Assembly: GCA_965285935.1 (NCBI GenBank) | Contig: OZ260665.1 | Coordinates: 55,490,001 to 55,554,000 of the forward strand | Direction: 5' to 3' | DNA: 64,000 bases | From: Ophelia neglecta | Lineage: Eukaryota | Part shown: positions 38,001-50,862 of the stretch, one piece after another | Numbering within the stretch: position 1 is the stretch's first letter | Layout of the letters: each line of letters starts with the position of its first letter | Notes under the pieces: model-generated | Database searches by the model: none | Seen by the model: only the letters and a program-made list of their open reading frames with translations | What the model was told of the DNA's origin: nothing | Translations under genes and position numbers: made by a program

Positions 38001-39653
38001 ATCAATTTGATTACCTATCTAAAAGAATGCTATCTACAGAGAAATGAGTAGATTGTAAACCCCTGCCTAGAAGTCATGTGCTTGGAGGAGTCGATGACGT
38101 ATCATGCTAGGTTATTTGGAATCGTGCTTGTATTCCTCGGGTACAGGTAAATGGTTTTTCTACGGTTTCCCATGCACAGTGTATATCTTGTCATGCGACT
38201 TACCCGGCGGCGGAAGTTGGCAGGCGACATCCACTAGATCTGACAATATGGAGTTGAGCGAGGCGAAATCCTTCACCTTGACTGTCTTGTTGTTGGAAGA
38301 CATGAGTCTAAGTTCTTTTTCATTAATGGCATCTGTGATTCCCACACAAACTATATAGATTCCGTATTTTTTGGCTAGTTCCGACTGGATGAGGGTATCG
38401 TCCACCCTCTCATTGGCTATTCCGTCGGTGACAAGAATGATGATGTCCCTCACGTCCGGCCGGTCTCCGCGACTCGCGTTGAACACCAACGTCCGCGCAA
38501 GCTCTAGCGCATGCGCAATATTAGTCCGACCACCAACATACTTTATCTCCTCAATTTTTTCCGAAACTTGGTTTGCATCCTCGGTTTCTTCCAAGTAGAA
38601 CTGGACTGTGGCGACATTACTGTACTTGACAGCGGCAATCTGAACAGTGTCCCTCCCTATGTCCAACACCGGACTAGTGACTATCTCTTGTAAAAACTCT
38701 ATCATCAATTCCCAGTTCGTTCGATTTTTTTCTGTTATGCTACCCGAAGCATCGATAAGAAATGTTAAATCTGCTTTTTGGCAATCTGGCGACGAAAAAC
38801 AAAGGATGATTATCAAAATTATTTCGATTGGCTTTAAAAGACCTTATCATGTTGGTGGTAGTCCCACCAAATACCAACAGCAGGTATCGGATGCCCTAGA
38901 ACTAGATACTTTCAGATCTAGAGACATTATGGCACTTAGCTAAGCTGGATTATTTTAATGTGTCACTATGTACATTTGAAAATCTTTATCGGGTCAGTAC
39001 TAATAGATACGCAAAACCGATTATAAATTACCATTGGCATTGCTAAAAAAAAATCCACACATGTATAAATATTTTGCGAAGCGAAGCAGACTTAAGTTGA
39101 GATTATATTCACTGCAGAACCTAAACCTATAATCTAGATTATTCTATATGACCATGTCAGCCCCCATGCTCCTGACTTTACCTCCTGGGATGAAGTCGAC
39201 TTTGGCATTTTTCGATCCCTGACAGTCTGAAAAATAGCAAAGTTTTCTTTTAAGAACATAATTGACACTCATGCTACATTTTGTATGATTTGTCGTGAAT
39301 AATAAATGATTGTCTTGATCAATGGTCAATTAATGGGCCAATTATAAATCTATTTCATAAAGATTCCTTCGCTACGGAGTGCATGATTAGCAGTACAAAC
39401 TTACCTTAAGATAATTGTGGGTATTTTGGACTAAAACCTTACTATAATAATTATTATCATCATTATTGGTATATTGTTGGAACAATACTCACCCACCGAT
39501 GCAAGCACAGATAGTGTCCACAGCACAAGTAAGCCCTAGAAAATAAATTAGACTGTTATTAAGGTGTAAATCCAAAAATATCCATTGCTAGTTTATAGTT
39601 AACAAATAGTCTTCCAGGCACAGTTTGTCTATCTGTCTTACCGGATGCATCAT
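16295..39653 (-). CDS. Gene A: giant VWA-collagen-VWA-EGF type I transmembrane collagen (~3219 aa, 54 coding exons)
   Basis: Manually spliced exons 5'->3': 39642-39653, 39493-39535, 39182-39226, 38204-38785, 36716-37381, 36298-36419, 35994-36160, 35121-35419, 34 collagen exons from 34825-34935 down to 22205-22255, 21946-21975 (least certain), 21678-21773, 20710-21429, 20098-20312, 19794-19929, 19496-19614, 18884-19028, 18684-18779, 18408-18530, 17323-17412, 16945-17034, 16295-16545. Phases are compatible at the junctions and the total of 9660 nt is divisible by 3, ending in TGA. Confidence 0.88.
17323..18779 (-). CDS. Gene A Cys-rich module, Ca-binding EGF and truncated EGF
   Basis: 18684-18779 [32 protein letters not shown]; 18408-18530 [41 protein letters not shown]; 17323-17412 [30 protein letters not shown]. 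Confidence 0.9.
18884..20312 (-). CDS. Gene A VWA domain 5 (four exons)
   Basis: 20098-20312 [11 protein letters not shown]...RVGLVNFA; 19794-19929 SSTNTAEAL...[15 protein letters not shown]; 19496-19614 DGES...IMAVGIS; 18884-19028 [16 protein letters not shown]...FDMCE. Confidence 0.9.
20710..21429 (-). CDS. Gene A VWA domain 4 (degenerate MIDAS) plus mucin-like Pro/Thr stalk
   Basis: [12 protein letters not shown] (DxSxS lost)...GSNTADAI...[16 protein letters not shown], then [32 protein letters not shown]. Confidence 0.9.
21678..21773 (-). CDS. Gene A linker exon with two furin-type sites ([32 protein letters not shown])
   Basis: ttcctag|GT ACC AGT GGC CGG AAG AGA CGA...ACC A|gtaag; 96 nt, phase 1-1, in frame with the VWA4 exon. 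Not in the ORF track. Confidence 0.8.
22205..34935 (-). CDS. Gene A collagen triple-helical domain (34 exons, 5613 nt, ~1870 aa)
   Basis: Exon lengths 5'->3': 111, 108, 180, 252, 252, 117, 108, 225, 117, 108, 144, 72, 144, 342, 117, 225, 225, 216, 153, 234, 234, 153, 234, 153, 126, 108, 387, 126, 108, 153, 108, 117, 105, 51. All are phase 1-1 (split Gly codon) and the 31 central ones are multiples of 9 nt. Confidence 0.93.
35121..36419 (-). CDS. Gene A VWA domain 3 (three exons)
   Basis: 36298-36419 [40 protein letters not shown]; 35994-36160 [14 protein letters not shown]...[11 protein letters not shown]; 35121-35419 ...[11 protein letters not shown]...ITVGIT...ACPKP. Confidence 0.9.
36716..37381 (-). 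CDS. Gene A VWA domain 2 plus Pro/Thr-rich linker
   Basis: [11 protein letters not shown]...RVGVIVFS...[10 protein letters not shown]...VAIVIMDG, followed by [23 protein letters not shown]. Confidence 0.93.
38204..38785 (-). CDS. Gene A VWA domain 1 (single phase 1-1 exon)
   Basis: [11 protein letters not shown] (MIDAS)...[10 protein letters not shown]...[17 protein letters not shown]...VGIT, flanked by Cys; ag/gt boundaries. Confidence 0.93.
39182..39653 (-). CDS. Gene A exons 1-3: signal peptide and N-terminus [33 protein letters not shown]
   Basis: ATG ATG CAT CCG|gtaaga at 39653-39642; ttttctag|GGC TTA CTT GTG... at 39535-39493 followed by gtgagt; tttcag|AC TGT CAG... at 39226-39182. 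Hydrophobic core, then a plausible cleavage site near VDC/QG. Confidence 0.75.
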
Positions 39654-39839
39654 CTTCACTGACAAGATTATGAAGCTGGATACAGAGGAAGTCGAGGTTC
39701 AAACGCTTCTTGGCATGATGGGGACCGTGCAATTAAAAAGAATGATCGGAACAAGGATCACAGGTATGTCTTCAGTAAGCTTTGGGTGTTCAACAGTTCT
39801 TTTTAGAACGAGGTAGAGTCTGTTGGGTTCTTAAAAATC

Positions 39840-40045
39840 GTCCGCCCACGCATCTACGCACTTGTACTAATCAGCCATATGAATTCACGTATCCCTGTCA
39901 ATGACCGATCATTTTCGAGGACAAGTTTGAGAAAATTGTATCTCTCATTCCCCCAGGATGTGAGAGAGTACGAGATTGTGTTAACATAAAAGGAGCTCTT
40001 GGACAGCGTAGGAGTTGACGTGAATATCATCCAATGATTGGAATA
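39840..40045 (-). promoter_or_regulatory. Candidate proximal promoter of gene A
   Basis: GC box ccgccc (~39842), CRE-like tgacgt (~40017) and back-to-back ccaat/attgg (40031-40041), 200-400 bp upstream of the ATG. Motif matches only. Confidence 0.25.
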
Positions 40046-42769
40046 CAATGGCGATGTACGGTGAAAAATCTGGCACTAAATGGCCATATCCTCCCTCACC
40101 AAGGACCCAGCAATCTTAATACAACTTCGTAATATATTCTCAATGGGAATTTTAATTGAAAGGTTTTCCCAATTACTATTCAATTCAACCGCTACGATAT
40201 TTAATGATGATGATTAGGCCTTATTGAACTTCATTTCTGCTTGGTCATGTTGTGTGACTTTTGACATTCCGGACAGCGCGATGTCATCATTTCACGGTCT
40301 ACACGCAGTAGAAGGTCACACTAATTACCAATTTATTAATGAAATTTCAGTGACTCGTGTCTAATACATATCCATCTTGAACTTAACATTCCCATGAACA
40401 GGCGGTGAGAAAAGGGGGTTTGCATGTTTCCTGTCCGTGAGAAATGGCTACAAGAAACTCTCATCTCTCACAAGAAAGTATCCACGTTGGCCTACGATCA
40501 GAGCCTTGTTCGATTCGATCGATCAGTATCACGTGTCAAAAGTCGTTGATTAACGAGCTATCTCCGTGGTGATGGACGGAGCATATTGATCCTCACAATT
40601 TAGGGACCGACCATTCTATTTGGTGGCGATTTTTATTTTAGGGGGCAACAGAATTTTTTTCTATTTCTGACGGAAAACTTTGTTGCTTTCCTCTAGCTCT
40701 CAATGAAATTAATTTGTTCGTATTACACTACATGCTCTCTTTGAAAATCAGAATAAACGTTTAGTAATGCCGCTCTTGGCTAACATATTTTGTTTCACTG
40801 ATCGGGCGAAAAAAATAGAAAGAGAGCATTTAGTTATTGTAATCTGATTTAAAACGGGTCATTCTTGTGGATGAGCGACGCGTTTTGGAACTGAACCACA
40901 CTGAAAGTACCCTCCCTACCCTCACCTACCCTTCCATCGTTTTTTATCTAGCCTTGTAAACGGCTCGATAATGCAGAGTCATGACATGCAAGCCGGACGG
41001 GACGAGTGCTCTTGGCAATAGAATGGTGAGCGACGAGATGGTGTATCAACGAAGGCTGATCACGTTTACAAACGGAAACCACATCCAGGTCACGCGAGGG
41101 CAACATCTGACACGGGTTGTCGACATTACTACTAACAGTTAAATTGGATCTGGCAGAAATTGACTTCTAGAGGATTGGTCGGCCAGAGGTTAATCGCCGA
41201 GTCATTATTTGTGGCCATGCTAGCTCTATTCTTTAATATGAATAGGTAACACATAGGTTTGGAGATAAAAACTGTTTATTTGGCCTAGATGCATAGTTGC
41301 AACCTCTAATAGTGCTTATGAAGTTTGACATTCAAACACTAAAAGAAACTACAACTTTAGATCCAGAAAGCATTGCAAAATAAATCTCATAATTGCCAAA
41401 GGCAAATGTTTGTGGTTTAAATCATTTTACCATTGTGCAAGTTCTCCATTGGTTGCCTTTGGTGTACCTCAGACGGCGGAAAACTTTTGAAAATAATTTA
41501 ACCGAGCTAAACTAATTATGTTTAGGCCTAGTGCGACCGATGCGTTGCTATTATAGATTCATAATAACCTCCCAAGACACTGCTACACATATCGTATGTA
41601 TGTGTTACGTTATTTAATGTAATATACTAGTAATCTAGGCAGTCCAGATATGTTTTCTGCCTTTTTTGGCCAATCACAAGCCAGGTTGGCCAACTTTATG
41701 ATTGCCTTGGGAGTTCTGCAGGGGGCAGCACTGTATGCAATAATTGCTATTAAGTTCAGTGCAACCTATAATACTCGCGTACACGCAAACCTGATTTGGC
41801 TCGCGAGTGTGTATATAATTTATTAAATTAAAGGAAGAAAAAAATAGATTATTCATTATTAAAATATCAGATTTAACAGTTTCCCGATTCAACCCACAAC
41901 TGAATGTAATTTTAACCCGATGCAGCGGAGGAGGTAGGCTGTTTGCAGAATAGACGAATAGGAGTAAATATATTGGTTGGGGCTGAGTTTAAGACGTGAT
42001 ATGGTAGGGTTTAGAGTGGTAGTGTCTGTATATTGAATATTTTGACCGGAGAATGAGGTATCGGCTATGGTGTGGGGCAGTTTTGGAAGTCTTACAGGTC
42101 CTAATTTCATACATATAATAAAATTACCCGATATCAGACTTACATAATAGATCGTTTGAGATGAACAAATGATTTGATTTGTGCTATGCACTCGTGGAAG
42201 AACGAAATTCACATCAACAAGTATTGAAATAAAAATCTATAATTTGGCATACAAGGAAAAGCCTAGTTTATATGAGTGCCTGCAGCAATACATCAATGAA
42301 AAATCGCCCTTACAAAAGGCAATGGGAATCTTGGACATGAGTGCCCTTTTATTTCTGATAATATATTGCCATTAACATGTATTACTTTGGTGGCATTATT
42401 CAGTCAAATTGTTGACTTTCCTCCTGTCGTCTGCTAGTCAGCAGATGCAAAGCGAAGGAAATGTTTTTCAAAAGCGTCTTACTGTGGTAAGCACGACACC
42501 TTAATTGTCCCCAACATATGTTTAAGGGTAATTGGCTATGTTTACACTGTTCATTACTTTGCTTCCCACACTTTGGCAAATAGGTTTTTTTCTTGTCATG
42601 ATGGGTATATTTTATGATAGGTCATGTGCACCTCAGGTACAAACATGAACTTTCTACTGTCTGGAAAATACGTTATGTTAATATAGCAATGCAAAGTAAT
42701 ACGCCTTACAATCAAATAGTACACAGCTTAGATTTGATCAGAGATAGCGTGGATCAAACAGTATACAAT

Positions 42770-42960
42770 GGGAGCATTCATAATGTGTCAGCGGGAGGGG
42801 AGGGGGAGGGCAAACGGTGAGGGATAAACGACTATGTGTTACGGGCCCACTCCTAGAAAGTGAACAAAACAATTCTCCTCCCATTCGTTGAGTTGAAAAA
42901 GTATAACCCCTCACCCCCCCCCCTTCCGTTATTCCCACGGGCTTTTTATGAACACTGGGT
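42770..42960. mobile_element. Possible degenerate foldback MITE
   Basis: gggagcattcataa and a G-tract on the left mirrored by a C-tract and ttatgaacactggg on the right. Confidence 0.3.
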
Positions 42961-45532
42961 AAACATATTTGGCTATTAAAACACACGTTTTTAAATTTAT
43001 TTTCAGTACTGATTCTTAGAAATGGGTCAAACCGAGATGAAGAAGGAGTAAAGGCAGCTAACTTATAAATATGTGAGAAAAATTGAGGCGAGCTGCAATT
43101 ATTTCTCGATTTGGCAAATAAATATAAGAAAATATCACCACATACGACCACTGTGAGTAGGGCACCAAAATAGGCCTGGGGGGAAATATAAAATAAAAAA
43201 AGGATGAGAGTTCTTACAAGTGGAGATACATAACAGAGACTGGCTTGGAGTTCCGATGTTGATCAAAATAGGCTTATAAATAACAAAGTGGACTGGCTGA
43301 AATTACTAAGTCATCATCCTCGCATATAGCTCTACGAAAATATCACCTAATTGCTACAACGCCCCTCCCGCAGGGGTATTGTTAATCCTACAAAGGTATG
43401 CTCAATGAAAATCAGCCCTCCCCCCAACTTTCTGTCTTGCCCCCCCCCCCAACGCCGCACCCCTGACGATATATTTTGTCGGTTTCCTAATGTTACAATA
43501 GTCCAACGTAAGCAGGAAACATTCGGTAAGGGAGATCGGGGCTCATTGGCACCTGGTCGGACATCCCAGGTTTCGACTCTGTTATCAAGGGTGATGGCCT
43601 CAGTGTTGGGCTTTGTTGCTTTCTGAGGGACAACCTTTCTTTTCCCGAAACACTTCATAATGAGAGGATAGCTTGAAATGCCAGCGCTCAGATTTTGCCC
43701 ATCCAAATAAAGTGTTTCTCTATTCCTATAGCCTCCTATTTCTACATATTATTGGCAAGTTGAAGTTGATAATAGTTTTTCTTTCCATATATTAATTCTC
43801 AAATGAGAGACAAAATACCAATATATTTGTAGATTTTTGACACCTAATAATCATACAATCAAAAGACAGATGTCCATGATGGACCACAGTGGGATACCTA
43901 GTCTTTGGCTCATTAACTCACTGCCCCAGTATTCTCTTGATAGACATAAGAATAAAGAATACGTTTATTTATTTAATTAATTAAGGTGATGTCATTAGTT
44001 GGATGCTATAAACTCGTTGGAGCTTCCATTTTATTCTCCTTCCACTATTATCGTTTTCTATTTACGATTGAAAATATGTATTCCTATGGATATGATATGT
44101 AGTAAATAAACTTCACTTCAATTTACAATAAGAAGTATTAAACTGGGGACAAACTACGGGCCCCTAGTTGCTATACATTATTGACCTAGACCAATAACCC
44201 TTAGCCATAATGGGACACAACAGTTGGAGAAGTTGCATTTAGAAAGCAATATAAGATGTATTTTAGAAAGTGCAGAATAGTGTCGGTGATGAAGTCTACT
44301 TACAATAATACACATAATATGAGCGGAACAGTAGATTGTTGCATTTTATCTTCGAGTGACCTTTTAAAAATCGCGGAAGGTCACACGTCATTTGTTTACA
44401 TTTATCTAACCGCAGGCCTTAGCGACGTTCATAGATACCACAACAAACTTTTACAAACCCTTAGCAACATAGTGGATACCACAACAAACTCTGACCGCAT
44501 TACGTCACGGTTTCCATGGTGCCAGACTTGACGAGCGATGGACTGAGCCATTGTCAAATCTAGTCTGGGGGAGTTAATTGTTACATCATACTTGGAAAAG
44601 TATGAAGTATTTTCTACTTAACTGTTTTACCAAGGAATGTGATTGCTTAAATAATAACTAATTATTTTAAGTTATTACAAATTCACAAACTGTTTTTTCA
44701 TAAAAGTTTATGTCATTAAAACATAATTAAAACACCTTAACCCCCTTTGCATTATGCGCGACATGGTTAGCCCAAGTCGGTCAGCGACCTCTTACGAATC
44801 AAATTCATTCATAAAAAACTATGAATGGGAGACACGATCAACCTATCTGGCTGGATTTAAATAGCCAAAGGTAAACTAGTAAGCAGTATAGAAGGCCCTT
44901 CCGAACTTGACAAAGTAAAACAAATAGTTTATGGCAATTAAGCAGCCGTGCAGACCCCACCACTCTCTTTATTTGTCTATTTGTCAACTTTCCACTCCAA
45001 ACCCTCATTGAGTTACTAATCTCTATACATTCTTTCCTGTACTTAAAATATATGTAATGAAAAATGACGATTTATTTCATCACGACTACCAGCCTTTAAA
45101 TCGGCTATTGATAAAATTCGCAGGTGCGGAGGCTATGCGAAGGCTGGGGTTAATTTTAGGGTTAGGGAAACGGTTAGGGACAAGATTATAAAGCCTTAAA
45201 ACCAATGTTATGTTAGTTTAGGTACATTTGGTCCATTAGTCCCTAGTCTCCCCTTTATATAACGTTGATTGTAAAATGGAGTTTCCCGCTCCTTAGTAGA
45301 CGGTTTCATTCAACAATGTATGAAAAGTTGTACAACTTTCCCACAACCTTAACACCTTACAATAAAAACGCTCTGCCAAGCATTTTCCGTGATGTATTAA
45401 ATTGGAATTATACCCATGACGTTTTAATTACAAATGACGGGTAAAAATCAGTGGCTTGTTTAAAAAAACATCATGGAGTCATTGATATAGCTTTATCTAA
45501 ATTTGTATTTATTATATATTACAAAGAATAGA

Positions 45533-45598
45533 GACACGGTGTTAACTTAACTGCCGTTTCCTTATCCTTTGGACGGGATATTAAAGAGGCAAGTGTCT
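45533..45598. mobile_element. Possible SINE central-domain remnant
   Basis: Reverse complement ctttaatatcccgtccaaaggataagg...gttaag resembles a conserved invertebrate SINE core as I recall it; unverified. Confidence 0.25.
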
Positions 45599-47238
45599 TA
45601 ATGAATATCTTAAAGGCCGGCATAATTTCGTTTACACGTGTATTTACGCCCATTTCAGAAATAATTATTACCATATTTCGAGCGTATGTCCTGAGGCTCA
45701 TTATTTCTTCATTGTCGAATATCAAGTGATAGATAACAATTTCAGAATTGTTCGCAATAACATTATTACGTTTGTAATAGTTAGGTTACTCCCCTGACAC
45801 AATTTGGGACAACGGTTCATTTGGCAACTAATGCCAATTATACGAATGGGTGCTAAGCCGATAATAGGTGTTTTTTGCACCATGACATTAGGTGGTTATT
45901 ACATCAGTCAGAATAACTTACCAGACATAAACCGGACGATGTATTCCACGGCAGCTTGTATCCAAGCCCCTTGCTTTTATAATAAAACATATTCTCCATA
46001 TTCTGCGCACCTCAAATAAAAAAATGCTGTATAAAAATAACTATATATCCATCCTAGGTCAAGACGAGTATGCCGTTACATGGTAGCGATCCTGGACATT
46101 GATCTGATACTGTTTTGGTGAACAGCCATTTTGCATTGCAGGTAACACCTATTAGTCATTCCTCAGCACTGCTCAGTATCCGCTGGTCAGCATCCCTTGT
46201 GCCGAAACCGCGTGCATTCAAGTATGTCCGCCAGCATTCATGCATGCATCAGACGGCCAGCCGGGGCTGATAAGGACTTCTCCTCGCTTCTGGCATAATG
46301 GCCAGATCACCCCTATCTATACGTAACTTTTGTATTAATTTTATAATACTGTCTGTAAGCAAGCGTGTGTTTCATATTGCCTTTGAGTATTCAGTAGATG
46401 GAGGTTGAAGCCAGTGATGCGAGGAGATATTCCAGGGGCACCCTGGCATTTCTTCGCATACTGTGCAAACTTTGCACGTGCAGGCAGACGCGGTCCGGTT
46501 AATAATTAACGACATCAACAGTTCATCAACCAAACCATAATTAGACATCTAATTAGAGATGAGTTGAGTACTGTCATCAGTCATGCATGAATGGTGATAC
46601 TCGACTAAGGATCAACCGGCGTCACGACATAAGCGCATCTCACACTATCCCTGAATCTAGAACAATATTAGGACTATGTCCGACACAAGCTTCGGCGGCA
46701 GTTTGAGGGTTTCAAGCCGCGATGATATCACTGTGAAGAGGAAATGTAAATAACGAGTGTTGTATCTAGCGGGATCTCTATTTCAGTATCTGGCACTGAG
46801 GAATTCCTTTTGGAAAAACTTCAATCCAAATGCAATTCGGTAGAATTGCTAGACACATGTTCGGTTAATGAACAGAAATATGTTGTATGTCTGCTTAATA
46901 AATACGAAAAACATAAACTGGCAGAAGAAAAGTATATGAGGATTTCGATGAAAAACACAGCAGAATGTACTCATAAAAGACACATTCTGGTCAATGTATC
47001 TGCAACATTCTCCACAATTATTTTCGCTCCCAACTTTGAATAACTAAATAGCACTAAGATTTCTAAAGCAAAGCAATCAAAATTCGTTTCGTAAGGCGGA
47101 AGATGGTAAAGCGGTTCCTAATTAATGAGAAGGATCAAATTGAAACATTAACGGGTTTTATTTGGTACTGCGAAGTACATGCTTAAAAAGGACCCTAGAA
47201 CCAGAGCATGACTAGGTGTCATGAGTAAACATCTTTGA

Positions 47239-47540
47239 CCTACCAGGGCATATTGACATGTCAAGAGTAGGCACCATTAACCAACCAGGGCATGTTGACA
47301 TGACAAAAGTAGGCACCAGTAACCAACCAGGGCATGTTGACATGACAAAAGTAGGCACCGGTAACCAACCAGGGCATGTTGACATGTCAAGAGTAGCTAC
47401 CGTTAACCAACAAGGGCATGTTGACATGACAAAGAGTAGTCACCGTTAACCATCCAGAGACATGTCAAGAGAAGTCACCGTTAACCGACCCAGGCATGTT
47501 GACAGGTTTAAAGTAGTCACTTTTAACCAACCATGGCAGG
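47239..47540. repeat. 42-bp minisatellite, about 7 copies decaying rightwards
   Basis: Unit ccaaccagggcatgttgacatg(a/t)caa(a/g)agtaggcacc(a/g)(g/t)taa; explains ORFs 47212-47427 and 47258-47449. Confidence 0.92.
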
Positions 47541-49049
47541 ATAATATATCAATAGTGGCCATCGTCCATCAGAGCATGCTCACATGTCAGACTGGAAACC
47601 GTTGATAACTACAAGCTGATGTGGGGGTGCCAGAGAAGCCAAACGCCAACTAGGTCGGCTTTTCATATCTGAGTAGGCACCGCGCTGACATAAACGAAAT
47701 AATAATAATTATACCGTGATATATCATACAGGCAGCCGACACTGAAATTCTATGGCCATTCAAACTTCTCCCAGTAGCCACTTTGTCGGCACATTTTTAC
47801 ATGTTGATATAGTTGTACGGTGAATTATTTTAAAACATGTAATTTTTCCATGTGTAGATTAGTCAGCATTTCTAACTATTTTCCCTGCAGTCTGTGTATG
47901 CCCATGTGTTGTAAAGAAGACGAATTCGCATGCTGGAACTGCCGTCGTTTACCTCATGAAAGTTCCCTGAAAAGTCTCATGAGAAAATGTAAATTGCCAT
48001 TAAATCATCAAAGAAATACAATGGAATATCCTCGTTTTGCGTTGATCAGTTTAACTTTTCGGATCATTGAGCACACACTCTGAAGAACGGATGGATAATA
48101 GCATAATATAACAAGAGCCGACAAGAAGACATATTCAGATGTACTTTTGACGTAGGGTTATCAATTCAAATTCACTTAAAAGCGAGGTGGATTTTGACAA
48201 AGGAGAACATTATTATATAATATTGGTATTGTTAATGAATCGGTTTTCATCAATTCAATATCCATGGTAAAAGACGGACCACTTAAAGCACTTAATATAA
48301 ATGTATCACTTATTGTGATAATTTTATTTCACATTACTCAACATCATTGAATTATATAAAAGTATAAAATATAAGTATGGACATTGACCTTGTAGAATCT
48401 CCTGAGACCTGGCATGATCACCATTGAAGCCCGTAGGTAGAGATTATATGTCTTTCGAAACAGGTTCGAACATGGAACATGGTCTATCAGTTAGTACAAA
48501 CAATTAATCTTAATGTCTATTGTAAATTGTTATAACTATATCTAGGGTTTGGTTGATGATCTTGTCATTCAAATTATGCATTTACCCTGGAAGCATCCAT
48601 GCGTTCATTTCAACAATCAAGCTGATGTATATTCTTCTTTTCATCGCTTTAATTTCCTAGTACATGTATGTTGTGAGTATAATTATGAACTGTACACAGA
48701 TGTTCTTCCTCCTCTTAAACTTATACATTATGTTAATGTATGTTATGGTATAATTAATGGAATAATTAACAACATGTTTTTGGCTTAACAAAGATTAAAC
48801 TCACTAATACATAATGTATGAAAGAATAGTTATATGTACAAAAGGTTTATGATTCCACAGTCGTACTAGCTTTTTTTCCTCCCTTCTTTTCGTTTCGAAT
48901 TCCAGGCAGTCTAATTCTCGTAATGAAGTCTGCAAAACATCGGAAATTATATGATGTCCATTGAGTATTAATAAGTATTCAAGACATAGTAAGTACGACA
49001 TGAGTATTATAAACATAAGTATTGTGTTCTAATGCTGATGCTGCTAGCA

Positions 49050-50862
49050 TTACGATAGGGAACTGATGCTGCTAGGAGACACGGAGAGACCGTCAGAGTC
49101 ATCCGTGTCACGTCCCCGAGAGAATTTTGAGGCGTAGTTGTTGAATCCTAGGGTGCTTGCTTCTGGCATGAAGGTAGATTTGCTGCCTGAAGTGGATGGT
49201 CTGTTGTCTGCGGCCCGCCATCGGCGGACTGCCCTGACTCCGAGGATCAGGGCGCCTATAGCCAGGGCGGTAAGCACAGCGCTCAGGGCCGAGGCGAGGC
49301 CGACGGTTGCCGTGCTCACCCCACTACCGGCCGCCACCGAGCCTACACCGACACCGGCCTCGGCAATCAAACCCTGGGCTGTAACAGACAAAAGGTAAGC
49401 TTATGGCATTGCTTTGTGGCTGTATACTGTTCGAAGATATCCATAATTAAGGCTTATTATTCCATCTAGTAATTATTTGTTGTTCTTTTTTAATCATAAA
49501 TGGGACCAATACTATAAATTGAGTAGTAGTATTGAGTTGTTCTTACCGCGGTTCTGCTGACAGAAGTAGCTGCCGTAGGTGTTGACACAGATGCTATTAG
49601 AACACGGGTTGCTTTCGGTACACTCGTTGATGTCCTCACAACTTCTTTGATTACTGTCTAAACGTAATCCATTCCCGCATTCGCATCTGTACAGTATAGA
49701 AATGAATCTTATGAATCTTGTCTTTATACAATATAATTGAATATAGTTTTAATGTTTGTTAAAGTCATTGCTGTCCCTTAAAATATAAATACACAGTATA
49801 CATTAATTGTATATATATTAATAGGAATTTTAAAATAACTAAATATTAGAATAATCAATTGTCAGATTATGTAATAATTACTTATATCTTAATTTATACT
49901 ATAAAGAAAAAATCCAGAGCCTGACAGGATGGGCGTGGCATCATTTGATGTGTACACCCAGTAATTGGATACATTAATTATACATGATATTGTATTAAAT
50001 GGCATGAATAACAAAAATGGAAATAGAAAATATAAATACACAGAAGCGATAAAATATGCAAAATAACAGTGCACACATCGTTTCATAATGTTTAAAAAGA
50101 CAAATCTTCAATCAAGTGAATAGTATCAATCAAATAATACTAAAATGTAGCAACATTCAATGTAAATGTAAAATCAGCTGAAATACTGTTTTAAAGATGA
50201 ATCACTGGCCATTTATATGTGGAAGATTATAGGTGGAAAGATTATATGTGGAAGATTATATGTGGAAACATGTAATGAATACGATTGCCTAGTAACATAA
50301 GAATAAATGTCACTACTGGTTCGAAACTACTTCTATACTGAAAATGAATATGCCAACTTTTATCTGTAAAATATATTGCACGAATGTTTTAATAACGATT
50401 TTTGGAATAGGATCCTTTCCTTGCCCTAATGACGAGCAAGCATGGAATGAATTATAAAATCTCGCCTGTAGCTGCCGCCGGTGTTGACACAGGAACCCTC
50501 ACATCCTCCATTGTTCAAGTTACACTCATTGATGTCTACAATATAAAGAGCATAACAAGAAAGTTAATATACTGCGTCACCCCTATGACTATACGCACAG
50601 TGTAGATAGTGATGACTCTACCTCCCGGTACGGTCATCACTACCTACACTGTGATACTAGCAGGAATGAGAGGTCAAATCTTTGTACCCCAGTTCTGCTC
50701 ATCAGCTATGCTGTAGGAAACGACAGGAATAATGAGATATGGAATATGAAAATTATGTCTACTTGCCCTCACACTCCGAGCCGTTGACTGGCCTGTGATC
50801 ACAGCGGCCGAAAGGACAGAAGCACTGGAGGTCTGCCACGGCTGTCTGACGACAATACGTAC
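49050..50862 (-). CDS. Gene B Cys module, EGF repeats, TM helix and cytoplasmic tail
   Basis: [32 protein letters not shown] / [41 protein letters not shown] / [29 protein letters not shown] / ...[31 protein letters not shown]...[34 protein letters not shown]. Confidence 0.87.

Noticed and set aside
39559-39585. Alternative ATG for gene A at 39585
   Set aside because: It hits TAA after 8 codons (MDIFGFTP*) and lies inside intron 1.
47239-47540. CRISPR-like appearance or repeat-protein ORFs
   Set aside because: Units are contiguous with no unique spacers, the context is eukaryotic with no cas genes, and the ORFs arise because 42 is a multiple of 3.
39654-49049. Genes A and B being one continuous gene
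   Set aside because: B ends in TM, tail and TAA at 49050 followed by AT-rich UTR-like sequence, and A has its own ATG and signal peptide.
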